The notes beneath the pieces are model-generated. The model was not told the DNA's origin. It saw only the letters and a list, made by a program, of their open reading frames with translations, and made no database searches. DNA of 64,000 bases from assembly GCA_010093815.1 (NCBI GenBank), contig ML996566.1; one strand, 5' to 3'. A program made the translations under genes and the position numbers. The stretch comes from Pseudovirgaria hyperparasitica. Taxonomy: Eukaryota. Position 1 is the stretch's first letter; each line of letters starts with the position of its first letter. This document shows positions 25,925 to 38,683 of the stretch, piece by piece.

Positions 25925-26090
25925 AAGCGCGTATAAACGATTCATTTTTTACCCACTGCACCACATTTCGTCTCCCAACTTCCTCCAGTTGTCTTCCGAT
26001 GCCCGCGCCGAGTCGTCCATAAGAGGCTAGCTCCTCGGGAAGGCCCGAGCAAGTCGCGTAGTTGGGACCGCGCTTCAAAAGGCGCGTCTC
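25925..26090 (+). promoter_or_regulatory. Cluster of CGCG-core (MCB-like) elements upstream of SLD3
   Basis: GCGCGT, CCGCGC, TCGCGT, CCGCGC and GCGCGT within ~170 bp upstream of a replication-initiation gene. Confidence 0.4.
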
Positions 26091-26213
26091 TCTAGGATAC
26101 CTGGCCGTGAATTCATACAAGACTCGCCCTGCCAGCGTCTATATTGTCATTCCACTGCATTTTTACCGAGCCATGCAGGGCTTGTACTCTCACTTTGAGC
26201 TTCTATTTATATT

Positions 26214-29124
26214 ATGCAGGAGCCCAGCCATGATGGACACATCGCAAAACTCACCCCGCGACGCGACCAGACTACGGGCCTTCGAGAGCCAGCTTCGTCC
26301 AATAAGAGGAAAAGAGAGGATGATGATGACCTGAGAGACGCAATTCCCTTATCCAAAAAGGCATTCATAGTCAAAGTAAGTACTGCCTGACTTTATAGTC
26401 GGAATGCCTCAAGACTCGAATCTGATCTGTGATTAGCCGTGTCCAAATTCACAATACGATAAACCTTACACCTTTACACCACTCGCCTTACTCCCTCGTG
26501 CCCGTCTACCGCTGTCATGTCTCGATACGGCAGCGAATATTCTACCAGCAAATCGACTGTTCGTCTCACGATCTGGATTAACGCAGTGTGAATCAGACAA
26601 GGGGGAAGGCCGGGTATGCAAGCACAGGCTCCTAGTTGCTCGACTCGACTCGGATAAGCGATTATATGCCGTGGAGAATGTACAAGATAATGTTTATGCG
26701 TTGTGCAAGCTTGCAGACTGGCTCACTACAGAACGCGTCCTTCAATTTGCCGCCACGGAAGGACGAGAGAAAATTCTACTTCAGCACCCCAGTCTCCGGG
26801 CTGTAAGTCAGGATGAGAAATGGTGGAAACCGGCAATCCTGGACGGAGGTCAAAGCGAACAACCACGTAAAGCAGACACCCAAGCGCCTAGATTGTTTAT
26901 GTGCCACGATATCCTTGGCACGTTACCAGAGACGAAGCCAGCGCAAGTGCCAAATGCGATACAACAAAATACTACGAAAGCGGATAGACCAGACACAACA
27001 GAGCACATAGAAGTTGAACAAGAACCAACAGCACCATCTCCAGAGAAGGCCTTCGAAGGCTTCGTGCTCCAGTACCTCGAGGCGCTGTACCTCTCCAGAA
27101 CTTCACTTGCGTATCTTGCTAAAGGGCCTCTCTCAAAAGCTAGGGCTGCTTTTGCAGGCAAAGATGAATCCATGGAGCCACGTCATCTTGTGTCGTATCT
27201 CCGGAGCATGGTATTTAGCTTGCCAATAATGGACAAAAAGTACAAGATGAAGCTTCCCGAGATATTACGCGACGCACATCTCGACGATATAGACGATAAC
27301 TACAACACGAAGTCTGTGGCAACTCTACTCAGGCGTGACAAGTCTAAAAAACAGCTCAAGCTCAATCGAGATGGCATGTACGCCAAGGAAGATCAGGTGG
27401 TTAAGCGGTGGTGGAAGTTTCATGACACAACGACCACGTACTCCACGGAACAAAAGCCAGATGCAATCATAAGTACAAGGCTGGCAGATCTAAAGCAACG
27501 GGAGATTTTGGCACAGATAATCCTGATTCTGGAAACCCTTTCACTGGAAACCTCACCTTCCTTTAAGACTGCTGCAAATCCAGATGGAGAGCATTTGCCG
27601 GCACTAAAGGGAGCTCTCGAGGATGTAAAAGCTAAGAGATCGAAAGTAAAGAAGCCACATGACCTGAAACTGCTACTAGACCTTCTCCTGGACAGGCTTT
27701 GTATCTGGCAATCTGTCGAGAATGACCTGGGCTCCATGGATGCCATCAACAAAATGGATGTCTCGAATGCGAACTCGGCGAAAGTGACCAACAGCGATAG
27801 ATTAAGAGACTTTTGTGTCGAGGTCATCATTCCATTGTACGTGCAATTGAAGGTATTTTGTGGACTATATGTCTAACCTATCTACAGTTACATGAGCCGA
27901 ATTCCAGAACAAGCCGCTATGGTCAACCGAAAGCTCGGTGGTCCGAAAGCAATCTCACCGCCGAAGAAGCCGTCATCCAAACACAACGCAATCCAGAAGC
28001 GGCCAGGCGCCCCCGAGACACGACCTGATTCGCGGAGAAAACCACGAGAACCATTGGGACGGATTGCGACAGGTCCAACAATATCGAAATCCATGCGACC
28101 CCCGTCTCTTGCAAGATCAGCCACAGATTCGGCGATTATCCCTGGTCTCAAATCAGAGAGAAGTGATACACCACTTTCAGCTATTCCGCTCGACAGGGGT
28201 TCGTCCGTCTCTAGTCGCGCTCCCATATCTCAATACCATCGATTCGCATCTCGAGAGGTAGACTTGACGGCCATGTCAACTGTCACTGCTGCTAAGAGGA
28301 AGAGGAAGGAGGCAATTGAGGAGCAGTTGAAACAGGCAATTAGCACCCTTAAAAAGCCGAACCGAGGGCTAGCTGTCAAAGAGTTTGTGGACTCAGCTGA
28401 CTTAAGGGCCAATAAGTCCAGCACAAAAGTCAAGAGAACCGCTGGAATCAAAAGTGTTCCACCTGTGCAGGTCACGGCAACACCGAAGCGAGCCAGAACC
28501 TCAAAATATCACACTCAGTCTCAGTCTCCAGCAGAAGAGCCGAGCCAACCGTCCATGTATGAACAAGAGCAACTACCGTCCAGCGCCTCCTATGTCCCAT
28601 CGTCTGCTATTCGACCTCCTCATTCGGCATGTGTACCTGGTACTGTGCTCAAAAGTCGACAGTCACACGCCCCGAACGCAACTCGTTCAAATGGTGTAGA
28701 AGAAACACCATCTCGCGGTCCGGCAAAGAGGATTTCGGACTATTCAGAACTGGGCAAAGTCAAGCTACCAACGCCAGGACAAGTTCTGCAAACGCCGATC
28801 AGACCAATGAATAAAAGCCTCCCAAACGTTACTTGTAATGCCATGGGTTCACCGATTGCTAGACCCCTATTCCAGCGCATGGATAAAAAACCGCCGTCCA
28901 AGCCAGCGGCTACACTAGAAGCGTTTGCTCCTACTGAGCAGACCCAGTCACTCAGAAATATGGAGCATATCGAGAAGCGTGATCATAGTATCTTTACTAC
29001 ACCGGTGAAGAAGCCACTTGCCGTCGATACGAAGGCAGGAAGGGACGAGAATACGGCGACGAATATATACGATATGCTGGGTTGGAATGATGATGACGAT
29101 GATGCTGATGAACTTGCCTTTTAG
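26214..29124 (+). CDS. SLD3: DNA replication regulator Sld3 (2 introns)
   Basis: Exon 1 MQEPSH...KRKRE...FIVK joins in frame at 26437. Core YLEALYLSRTSLAYLAKGPLS, REILAQIILILE and LDLLLDRLCIW motifs. Many S/T-P CDK sites in the C-terminal half. Confidence 0.82.
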
Positions 29125-29176
29125 CGTGCATATAGAAGTAATGACAATACTCGATATTCTGTTTACCGTGGGCCGC

Positions 29177-29890
29177 TCACTTCATCTTCATCACCTCTAG
29201 AAATACCTCCTTTCGCTCCTCCCCTATCTCCCTGACTACGTCCGCCATACTCTCCACCTCCTTAACACCAGTCCCGTGACTAAACACCCACTCCTCGTCC
29301 TTTTCAAGCCGTACCTGAAACGCAGCCCAATTAAGTCCCTTCAACCCATTGACATGCTCATCAACATTAGTTGCCGCCCCCGAAAAGATCAGAACGCCTG
29401 GGTACCCTGGCTTCGAGACACCAGATATTGCCGCATCCGCCGAGGCCAGTGCCTGTTTCCGCTTCGATGTGTTGAGCAGGTGGTGCAGCCATATCAGCAC
29501 TGTCTTTTTCCCATGCTCATCTGCACTCTCGTCTCCACTTGCCCGGCTGATCGGATCCAGTCCAGTAGAATCGTGGACGCTCTCCTCGACTAGTCTATCG
29601 AATGCAGCAATCACTGAGTCCAGAATTTCCTCACCCACAGGTAAACGTGCTACGGCACCTTTCATCTGGCTGCGCAGGTCGACGTGATGAGTGCCCTTTG
29701 TAAACGCACTAATGATATCGGGAGGACTTGATGCTGGATAAGTGGATGGTAAGCGAACGATGAGCTTGGCATGGAGAGTGGTGTATGTTAGGTCCTGGAG
29801 GTTTGTGTCGAATTGGATGGAATCTGGGTACATTGATTCGAGGAGGCTGGTCTCGACAGCCACGCGTGTGCTTTGTTCATCCTCACTCAT
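29177..29890 (-). CDS. RWD-domain / DUF1115 protein (RWDD2-like)
   Basis: E..LLESMYP, LPSTYPASSP (YPxxxP), IWLHHLL..KRK and GVSKPGYPGVL motifs. Confidence 0.82.
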   Translation of the reverse strand: MSEDEQSTRVAVETSLLESMYPDSIQFDTNLQDLTYTTLHAKLIVRLPSTYPASSPPDIISAFTKGTHHVDLRSQMKGAVARLPVGEEILDSVIAAFDRLVEESVHDSTGLDPISRASGDESADEHGKKTVLIWLHHLLNTSKRKQALASADAAISGVSKPGYPGVLIFSGAATNVDEHVNGLKGLNWAAFQVRLEKDEEWVFSHGTGVKEVESMADVVREIGEERKEVFLEVMKMK

Positions 29891-31087
29891 GATTTGATGT
29901 AACGGGTTTGTCTGGCATAATTGCCAAATATAGAGGCTTTGTCTTCAACTTTACGTCTCGAGGTTGGATGGCAAACAGGGCTGCCTAGACGGGTAAGTAG
30001 TGGCCTTGCGTTCTGGTAAATACGCGTGTTCTAGGAATTTAGACAGGCATGAGATATGACTTCTTTAAAGATAGTGAGAGTGAAGAATGGTTCGGGATAT
30101 TGGATGCGAAAGTGAATGTATTGATTTCATGGTGTCTTGAGGTTTGATACTGAAGTACTGACGGACACCTTGACGGCTCAACCCCAAGGAACGCGATCGG
30201 TCAGACTTATTCGATACGTCATTGGTAAGCCAACACTCATGTTGCAACGATTTCAAGATTATGGCCTCTTCGGTAATCGATATGCAGGACGCGATCCCAA
30301 AGAGAACAGATGGAACGTTTTGGGGCCCGCATTAGGGCTCTTCTCATACTTCCAAGGACGTCAGTATCAGATTCAGGGCTACGAACTAGGATTCATCTGG
30401 ATCTATCCAGCTAGCGTGTAGCACTTGCCGATATCTACGGCAGATGATTCGTGCATGAGCAAACCTTGAGCAATAATTCTTGTGGATCGGTGACCTGAAA
30501 ATACTCGTCGGTGGACTTGACTTGGACGACATGCAATATATTCATAATGATGTTCTAGTCTCTGCGAGAGAGGCCGACTTCGATAGGAAATCGGATTTGG
30601 GCCAGATATCAACTGCCGACCTCCTCGACACGGATGAACGAGCCTTACCAAACGCCAACACCCCCGTAATACGCGGCCCCTTGTTCACAGGTATCAAGTG
30701 CTGACAATGTGGAGCGGGAAGCTTACAATTGTGGAGTATAGATAGTTGCTCATGTTTACGTTCATTGTTCGATTTATGATTTAGGACTTTGCTTATATGC
30801 AGACGAAGCAGCACATGCGATCATCTCCCACCGATCTGAATCTCAAGCTGTTAAAATATCCGTTCTCCTTCTATTTCCTTCTTGTGGTGAAAGCCTATCC
30901 TGCTTACAGAGATCTGACTCTCTGGGATATCTTGAGCTCTTACTAGCCTAGTTACTCTATTTTGCTTTCAAACCACTGCTTTCTCCTTCTGGTGGCCTGC
31001 GAAAACTTGTTCTGTGGGACTATCAACGATCCATCACGTTTTATAATCTGTACAATCAAGGAACATATTGACTATCATTTATCATCC

Positions 31088-32105
31088 ATGACTATGGGTG
31101 TCCTCTCCTTCGAGCACTTCGCGCTGGTCGCCCTAGTCTCTATTGTCACTGCTCAAACATGCTACTATCCAGGTCAGCCAAAGCCCAGCATCAAGCAAGC
31201 AAGCAATCAAGCGAACCAAGTTTAAAATCTGACCTGGACAGACCATAGTACGACATCCGTGGACATACCCTGTAATACCACCGCTGAATTCTCATCTTGC
31301 TGCGGCGCCGGCGCCTTGTGCCTTGCCAGCGGTCTCTGCTACATCGACGGCGTGATATCGCGAGGAAGCTGTTCCGACAAATCGTGGGCTGATGCCTCTT
31401 GTGCCACTGCATGCCAGGACGGTACGCCTCCCTCCCATCGCACAGTCCCCACGTTCACTCGGTCTCCCCTGAGATCCCTCTCTGACCAGCATCTCAGACA
31501 ACGCTGACGGCGGCATGGCCCTGACATCCTGCGGAAGTGGCACCGACCACAAGTACGCCTGTGGCTTTAATACCGTCTGCACAGACAGTAATTGGTTCAC
31601 CCTCGACAACATGACTGACCTCATCTTACGGCCCTCACAAGTATCTGCCGCCGTAGTCGCACTCGGTACCGCATTTCATAACCCAACAACATCTTCAAAC
31701 TCCTCGATCCCGAGTCCGTCTCCTTCCCCATCTCCCTCCGAATCCCCATCCGCAAAACCAGCAGATTCCACCGGCTATTCCGCCGGCGCCATGGCCGGCG
31801 TCGGGGTTGGGGTCGGACTCCCGCTTTTACTTGCGCTGGCCGTGGCGCTTTTCCTACTGCGTAACGAGAAAAAGAAGAATCTACTGTATGCGGCGAATGC
31901 CCAGAGGGTAACCGGAACTAGATATAATGGGCAGACTGGCATGCAGGACGCGCAGAGAGGGAGTTCTACGGTGCAGGGGATGTACCCAAAGGTTATGGCT
32001 CAAGAGTCCAGGTTTGAGAGGACTCATGGGCCTGTACCGATGGAATTGGAGGCGAATCTGCCGGCGGCGAGTGAGGTTGAGGCGAAGCAAACTCATGAGA
32101 AGTAG
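31088..32105 (+). CDS. Single-pass cell-surface protein: signal peptide, Cys-rich ectodomain, Ser/Pro stalk, TM helix (introns 31173-31241 and ~31422-31498)
   Basis: Spliced sequence AQTCYYPD...PC...CC...CLASGLC...RGSCSD.SW...C...C, then SPSPSP and a GAMAGVGVGVGLPLLLAL TM segment followed by RNEKKK. Confidence 0.8.
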
Positions 32106-32330
32106 GGGAAAAGGCTGCTGGTGCTAGGGAGGACCTGGGATATCTGCTATCCCGTTAATGGAAAGAGTTGGATGTTACCCGCCATCCATGTTTTGATGGG
32201 ATGAGTTTGCAGCACTCAGGAGTGGGACGTCTATCAGATCATAGATAGCGCGAACATGTCAGCGTGTGATTTATTCCGAGGGGAGTACTTATTTTACATA
32301 TATACAACTCATGTGTAACCTTGCACCCTG

Positions 32331-32972
32331 TCATCCAGATCGACCTTGTTGGCTTCTCCACTCGTCAAATGCTTCTCCTGGTCCCTGACTGGCCAAGCCA
32401 CATCGTTCTTCTATCATGCCCCATGTTCGCGATCGTATTATACGCTCTACGCCAATTTCGTTCCGTATCAGCGCTGCTAGAGACTCTGTCCTGCTTTCTT
32501 TTGGAAGATATCGATTGTTATAGGGGTCTAATCGGTCTACGAGGTGCTCTCCAGCCTCAGCACTCTGAAGTGCTTGTAGTATTGAGTCTGGGTCATCTTT
32601 ATCAGGGGATGTGGCAACGCTGGTACAGTAGTTGAGTACGTCTGAGCGTACCTGCCACGATGGGAACAGCACGCGCTCTTTGAAGGTGTTACATGACGAC
32701 GTGTCGAGTTTCTGGTGTGCTAATGGTTTAACGGAGCGGGAAGAGGTCGATGAAGGATCGAAGCTAGCAGGATTGCGGAGTGCGTTCAGGTTTTGTGCTA
32801 TTGAGTCATCTATAGTTGATCGTGAAATTCGTAGGAAGTCTACACTTGCGGAGTTGTGTTAGTGTTGTCTGGCATGAGGAAGGTTTGTATTTAAAAAATA
32901 TGTACCTCGCAGAGCTGTTTGGTTGAAGCAGAACTGAGGACTAAGAGCGAGCTGGTCAATGGGCTTTGCCAT
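32331..32972 (-). CDS. MIX23: Caffeine-induced death protein 2 / Mix23 family (mitochondrial intermembrane space); intron 32840-32905
   Basis: LSPQFCF...LR|DFLRISRSTIDDSIAQNLN, LFPSWQVRSDVLNYC, RLDPY and E.GVERIIRSRTW...ERC motifs. Confidence 0.8.
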
Positions 32973-33291
32973 GACGAGTTGTGAATTCTGCCCTCGTTTG
33001 TTATCTTCGTTGCTGTTATTAGTGCCTGCAGGTGCAGGTTGTCGCCAGAAAAAGCCCGCCGTTGTTGCGAACGATTTGATCCGCTCGAGGGGTAGATGAT
33101 TATGGTACTGAGACGCTATACGCGGCTTTGGATATTTTAAACAGTATTGATCATGAATTAATATTACTGTAGCTCTGCTTCGACGTGGTGCATTAACATT
33201 TCAATAGTTCGATGGTAGACATTAGGTCATCGCTTCCAACATTTAGATCTATGAGCTCTCTGATTGGTTCGAATCTAATCTATCTACGTAG

Positions 33292-33328
33292 TCGCGTCAA
33301 TGCGCGTCTTCCTATATTCACGACGCGT
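33292..33328 (+). promoter_or_regulatory. MCB (MluI cell-cycle box) cluster upstream of DNA ligase I
   Basis: TCGCGT (33292), GCGCGT (33302) and a perfect ACGCGT (33323). Yeast CDC9 is a known MBF target. Confidence 0.6.
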
Positions 33329-33385
33329 GCTTGCTCAACTCTAAACTTCCCCTCCACACCTTATAGAAGCCTGTACTAAGGTAGT

Positions 33386-36300
33386 ATGCGACTGTACTCA
33401 ATTAATAACCAGTCATTTTCTCCTCGAGATTCCCACCCTAAAGTTCTGCTTCTTCGATACCTCACGACGTTCTGTACAACGACTACGAGCTTTCGAGTCC
33501 TCCACCGCAGCAAGCGATCGTATAGTGTCCTTGTAGCATATCGTTGTCATACTGCGACTGTAAGAATTGCTATGCCACCGAAACAGGCGACTCTTGGGTA
33601 CGTTAGATCTGGACAGCAGACCCTAGGGTGCGAGAACGGGCTGTAAAAGTACGATGGTTTTGAAAGAGCTGATTTTTATGCAGGAAATTCTTTGGACATC
33701 CAGATGGAGCGAAGCCAGCTGCCCAACAAACGAAACTGGCTTTCTCGAAGAAAGCAGTGGAGAGTCCTAGCGTTAGCAAGGTAACCGCAGATCACAGCGC
33801 AATTATCCCGGAGAGCAACGACCGTGTGAAGAATGAAGTGAAGGAGGAGCAAGAGGATGGCGAGGAGGATGAGAACGGGGATGCCGTAATGGGCGAAATA
33901 GAAGTCAAAAGTGAATCAGACTCAGACGTCCCAAGTAAACGAACCCGTATGTGAATCGCACCCTGGCTACTGCATCCACTTGAATGTCTAAAATTCAGGG
34001 ACATAGCTAACTCGACATGCAATTTCGATCAGGTACATTGAAGGGCGATGAGAAAGTCGCCTTGAAACGAAAAGGCACTACGGCTGATGACAACGAAGGC
34101 AGCCCACCAGCCAAGAAGGCTCGTTCGTCGAAGAAATCAGCTCCTCAGAAGTCTTCGAAGATAACGCCTGATGGGACATCATCCAATACCATGAAGACCG
34201 AGACAGAGCAGAATACAACTCCCAAGAAAGTGGTTGCGAAGAAAAAGGCGCCTAGCCTTCCTGTCGACGATGCAGATGATGAGGATATTGTGAGGCCGAA
34301 GAGGGGGAAGGGTAGCAAACGCAAGGTAGATGAAACCACGCAAGCCAAAGTGAAGACGAACTCGGACTCCAAAGCCTCCTCGCGTAATTCAAAGTCGGCT
34401 GATGAGGACGATGCGGCTGCTAGCACTCCTACTGTGGTCACCGAGAAAGAACTCGTATCTGAACCTGAAGAGGATGCCGAAGTACTGTCATCCGAAGATG
34501 AAGACCCGGAAGCTGCTGCTGAATCGCAAGAAAAGCTTCAAAGTGTCTTAAAGGGGTCTGGGAAGGATCCCTATCCAGACTGGAAAGCTGGAGATCCGGT
34601 ACCTTTTGCCGCCCTTTGCACTACATATTCAAAGATTGAAATGACAACCAAACGACTAGAGATTTCGGCCCACTGTTCAAAGTTCCTACAGCAGGTCCTG
34701 CGTTTAACGCCAGATGATCTCCAAGTTGTAGTATTACTTATGATCAACAAGCTTGCAGCTGACTACGTCGGAATCGAGCTCGGCATTGGAGAGTCACTGA
34801 TAATGAAAGCTATTGGTGAAAGTACTGGTAGAAGCTTGGCCATCATCAAGGCCGACCAGAAAGACATAGGAGATTTGGGCCTCGTAGCGGCGAAGAGTCG
34901 ATCAAATCAGCCGACTATGTTCAAGCCAAAACCTTTGACTGTTCGTGGCGTTCAAGAATCTCTGATGACCATTGCGCAGACAGAGGGTAAAGGTGCCCAA
35001 GAGCGGAAGGTTGGTGGCATCAAGAAGTTACTTTCTGCTGCAGATACCCAATTTGCAGGCAAAGGTTCGAAAGGCATCGATATTACGAAAGACAAAGGAG
35101 GCCCAAGTGAGTCCAAGTTCATCGTAAGGATGCTGGAAGGAAAGCTTCGACTTGGACTGGCTGAAAAGAGTGTCTTGGTAGCGTTGTCGAATGCTGTGGT
35201 CATGCACGAGAGCAAGGTCAAAACTGGCAAAGATGCTAGCGGACAAAAGATTGCCGAGGGCGAGCGAATGCTGAAGTCAATCTACAGGTAAAAAAAATCG
35301 GACGTACTTAGATGAACACAGCTAATCATTTCCGCAGCGAGCTACCCAGCTACGAAGTCATCATTCCCGAGATGCTCAAGCATGGAATTATGAAGCTAAG
35401 GGATCACTGCAACCTCCGACCCGGGGTTCCCTTGAAGCCCATGCTTGCTAAACCTACTAAGTCGATTACTGAAGTCCTCGATAGATTCGAGGGAAAGGAC
35501 TTCACTTGCGAATACAAGTACGATGGCGAGCGAGCTCAAATTCATTACGTGTCCAAGGATGCAGACGAAGTATTTGCAACTGCTGCACCGTCTGCGGGAA
35601 AGTCTGAAGGTGGCGTCTCTAACATTTTCTCAAGGAACTCGGAGGATCTATCAAAGAAGTATCCAGACATCCTTCAAAGACTCCCGGCATGGGTCAAACC
35701 GGGTACAAAAAGTTTCGTGCTGGATTGTGAGACTGTTGCGTGGGACGTCAAAGAGAAGAAGGTACTTCCATTCCAGCAGCTTATGACAAGGAAGCGCAAA
35801 GATGTCAAGGCAGAAGAGGTGACCGTTCAAGTGTGCGTATTTGCATTCGATCTGCTATACCTGAATGGCGAAGCTCTCGTGAACAAATCTTTCCGTGAGC
35901 GACGCGAGGCGCTTCGTGGAGCTTTCAATGAGACTGAAGGAGAGTTCAAGCTTGCACAATACGGCAATACCAACGAGCTAGAAGAGATACAGATCCTTCT
36001 GGAGGACTCTGTGAAGGCGTCCTGTGAAGGCTTGATGGTGAAAATGCTTGACGGGCCCGAGAGTAGCTATGAACCTAGCAAACGCTCACAGAACTGGCTC
36101 AAAGTCAAGAAAGATTATCTTTCAGGCGTTGGCGACTCTCTTGATCTCGTAGTCCTTGGAGCCTACTTCGGCAAAGGCAAGCGCACCTCTTGGTATGGTG
36201 CATTCCTCCTTGCATGCTACAACACAAACAAGCAAACATACGAGACTGTCTGTAATATTGGTACAGGCTTCTCCGAAGCGATTCTTGAGGAATTCCACAC

Positions 36301-36625
36301 AAAGCTATCTGAGAACACCATTGATCACCCAAAGCCATTCTACTCGCATTCTGCAGGTAACAAGGACCAACCAGATGTTTGGTTCGAGCCGAAATTTGTC
36401 TGGGAGGTCAAGACGGCAGACCTGACCCTCAGTCCGAGATACAAGGCTGCTGCCGACCAGCTCGGCAAAGGCGTGAGTCTAAGATTCCCGAGGTTCATAA
36501 AGGTACGAGAAGACAAGAAGCCGGATCAGGCGACAAGCAGTCGCCAGATAGCCGAGATGTACCAAAGACAGGAAAGCGTGGCGAAAAATAAGGGGCCAGC
36601 TGCAGATGACGATTTCGAATACTAA
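33386..36625 (+). CDS. CDC9: DNA ligase I; upstream ATG 33386 (putative mitochondrial form) and ATG 33572 (nuclear form); introns 33598(or 33628)-33683, 33947-34032, ~35288-35337
   Basis: CEYKYDGERAQIH active site, EGLMVK, WLKVKKDYL and SLRFPRF motifs; N-terminal PIP box QATLGKFF after splicing. Confidence 0.96.
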
Positions 36626-37406
36626 GACGAGTCTGAACCATTTCAATACTTTCGAGGAATGGTCCACAGCTGAAGGACGTTCGTGTGTATTAGACGGTTA
36701 TGAACAACTGCACATGCATGATTTTGCCGGGGACTCCGTCTGACGTTCAGGAGCCATTTGTGCTAGTACGGCAAGTACATTCACGACTGGCGTTGCAACA
36801 TGAGTATCATCATAAAAACCGAGATATTTGAGCAGGGTAATTACACTATGCCCATGAACTGATAAATTTTGTACATCAATGTGAAATGATAGCTCAAGAA
36901 AGGTGTAACAGAAAGACCTCATCTGCGCCATCCAAGCGCTGCTCTTGCGGAGACAACCGCTGCGGCAGCTCGCGCTCGCCCTGTCCACAAGAGAAATGCG
37001 CTCTAACAATGTTTGTAGGGTTACATGTGATCGCCAAAGCCCCCGCCATGGCCTGATGTAGGATATGGGTATTCCGAGTAATAGAAGATAAAGATATGAG
37101 CGACATAAGTATAAACTAGGGGCGAAAACAGTCAACGCCAATGTCGTGCAAGGACTTTAGGAATAATATGCGCCTCATGATAGTAGATCAAATCAAGCAA
37201 GATCCACGTGAACCGCACCAGAGTTCCCTCACAACCACGTTATGTCCGCGCCGTTATAATGCATCCAGCTTTTTCATCATTCCGGCAAAAGTATGCAGTA
37301 ACCCAAAAAGGAAGAACTGAAGAAAGTAAGAAGACGCATGAGAGAAGGATGTACGTATATGTCGTAGATGGTGAGGCGTGAGTGCTGTACGATGCGCTGG
37401 AATAAA

Positions 37407-38683
37407 TCAATGCATCAGACCTTGGGTGTTGGACTGATCAACGACATTGTCTGAAAGATTGATGAGAAGTTGAGCCAGGCATCGCTTGGTCGCAGCGTCA
37501 TCGCGGAGGACGGAGGAGAATGTTGCATCACGGAGAGGTTCCGGAAGGCATTGGCGTAAAGCTTCACGTGCCCGAGCGTTGTCACTAAGTCTTGGTTGTG
37601 TTAGGCTGGATCATGTTGGCGCGAGTTCTAAACATACCTGAGGAAGCACCGCACAACATGCTTAAGCAAGCGAACAGTTTGTTGTTCGACTAGCTGGTTC
37701 ACCATGTTGCTAAGCACTGTGCCAACCGCGTAAAATCTCTCATATGTCTGACAGATGTACGCAAGCCCGATATCATCGAGCAGGATCTTCTGAACGATGA
37801 AGATTGCAACAGTTTTGCTCAGCTCGGAGCCTGTCTCCATTATCCGTAGGCATAAGGGGATGATTTCAGTGGTAAGGAGAAAGTTGATTACATCGGAGGA
37901 GTCGTTCTTCACAAGGGCACCAATGACCCCGAGTGAAGTGAGTCTGAGATATTCGAAAGGCCGGGATTTAGATGTTGTATTCAGAAACGGGTACAGGAAC
38001 AAGGGAATGTGAGCTAGAGTGCATTGTATCAGTAGTTGTCCGCGATATCGTTTGAGTGAGTGGCTCGCAGCACGTACCGCTAAGGAAGAGACCTCGAGTG
38101 TCTGGGTGCGACGCGACACATTGAAGCAAAGCAAGAGCATTACAGACTCGGTTAGAAGCCGCTGCGGTGAGCTGCGACGGATTCAGTAGCGGATATACTG
38201 AGATGATCTCCTGAAGTAACGAGGCCATGACGCCTGCCATCATATATTAGCGATGCTAAGCTATAGATTTGTCAACGTACCAAACGAATGCCACAGTATC
38301 AGAGCGAGCTCATGAACCTGTTCTCTCTTCTTGCTCAGCTCTAGTAAGGCTGACTCTCGCGTGTTCGTTTTCATCAATTGCGCGATCCATTCGAGCACCC
38401 GTCTGTTCTCATCGCTAATCGAATCATGCGCCATAAGACTCTGGCTATGATCTCCAGGCCCATTTCCACTGATCCCAGGTATGTTCGAGTTGCTATTGGC
38501 TGCTATGCGATTATAGTGTTGTTGCTGGGCTGCTGCTGCCGCTGCCGCTGCTGCCTGGGTAGCATGTTGCTGTGATACATGATGTGGGTGCTGCTGCTGG
38601 TGATGGTTCTGCGGCCAGTCGGAGGGGTTGTAGAGCTGGTGCTGATGCGAGAAGACGTGTTGCTGCGCTCCTTGCAGCATCAT
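37407..38683 (-). CDS. RCD1: CCR4-NOT subunit Rcd1/Caf40 (CNOT9), 3 introns
   Basis: [64 protein letters not shown] and [16 protein letters not shown] motifs; Q/H/A-rich N-terminus. Confidence 0.95.

Noticed and set aside
33217..33290. tRNA-like hairpin ATTGG-TTCGAAT-CTAAT with partial acceptor-like pairing
   Set aside because: No D-arm with conserved A/GG, no proper anticodon stem-loop and a mismatched acceptor stem. More simply a reverse CCAAT box in the MIX23/CDC9 promoter.
36698..37141. 147-aa minus-strand ORF between CDC9 and RCD1
   Set aside because: TTG start, no motif, and located in convergent 3' UTR space.
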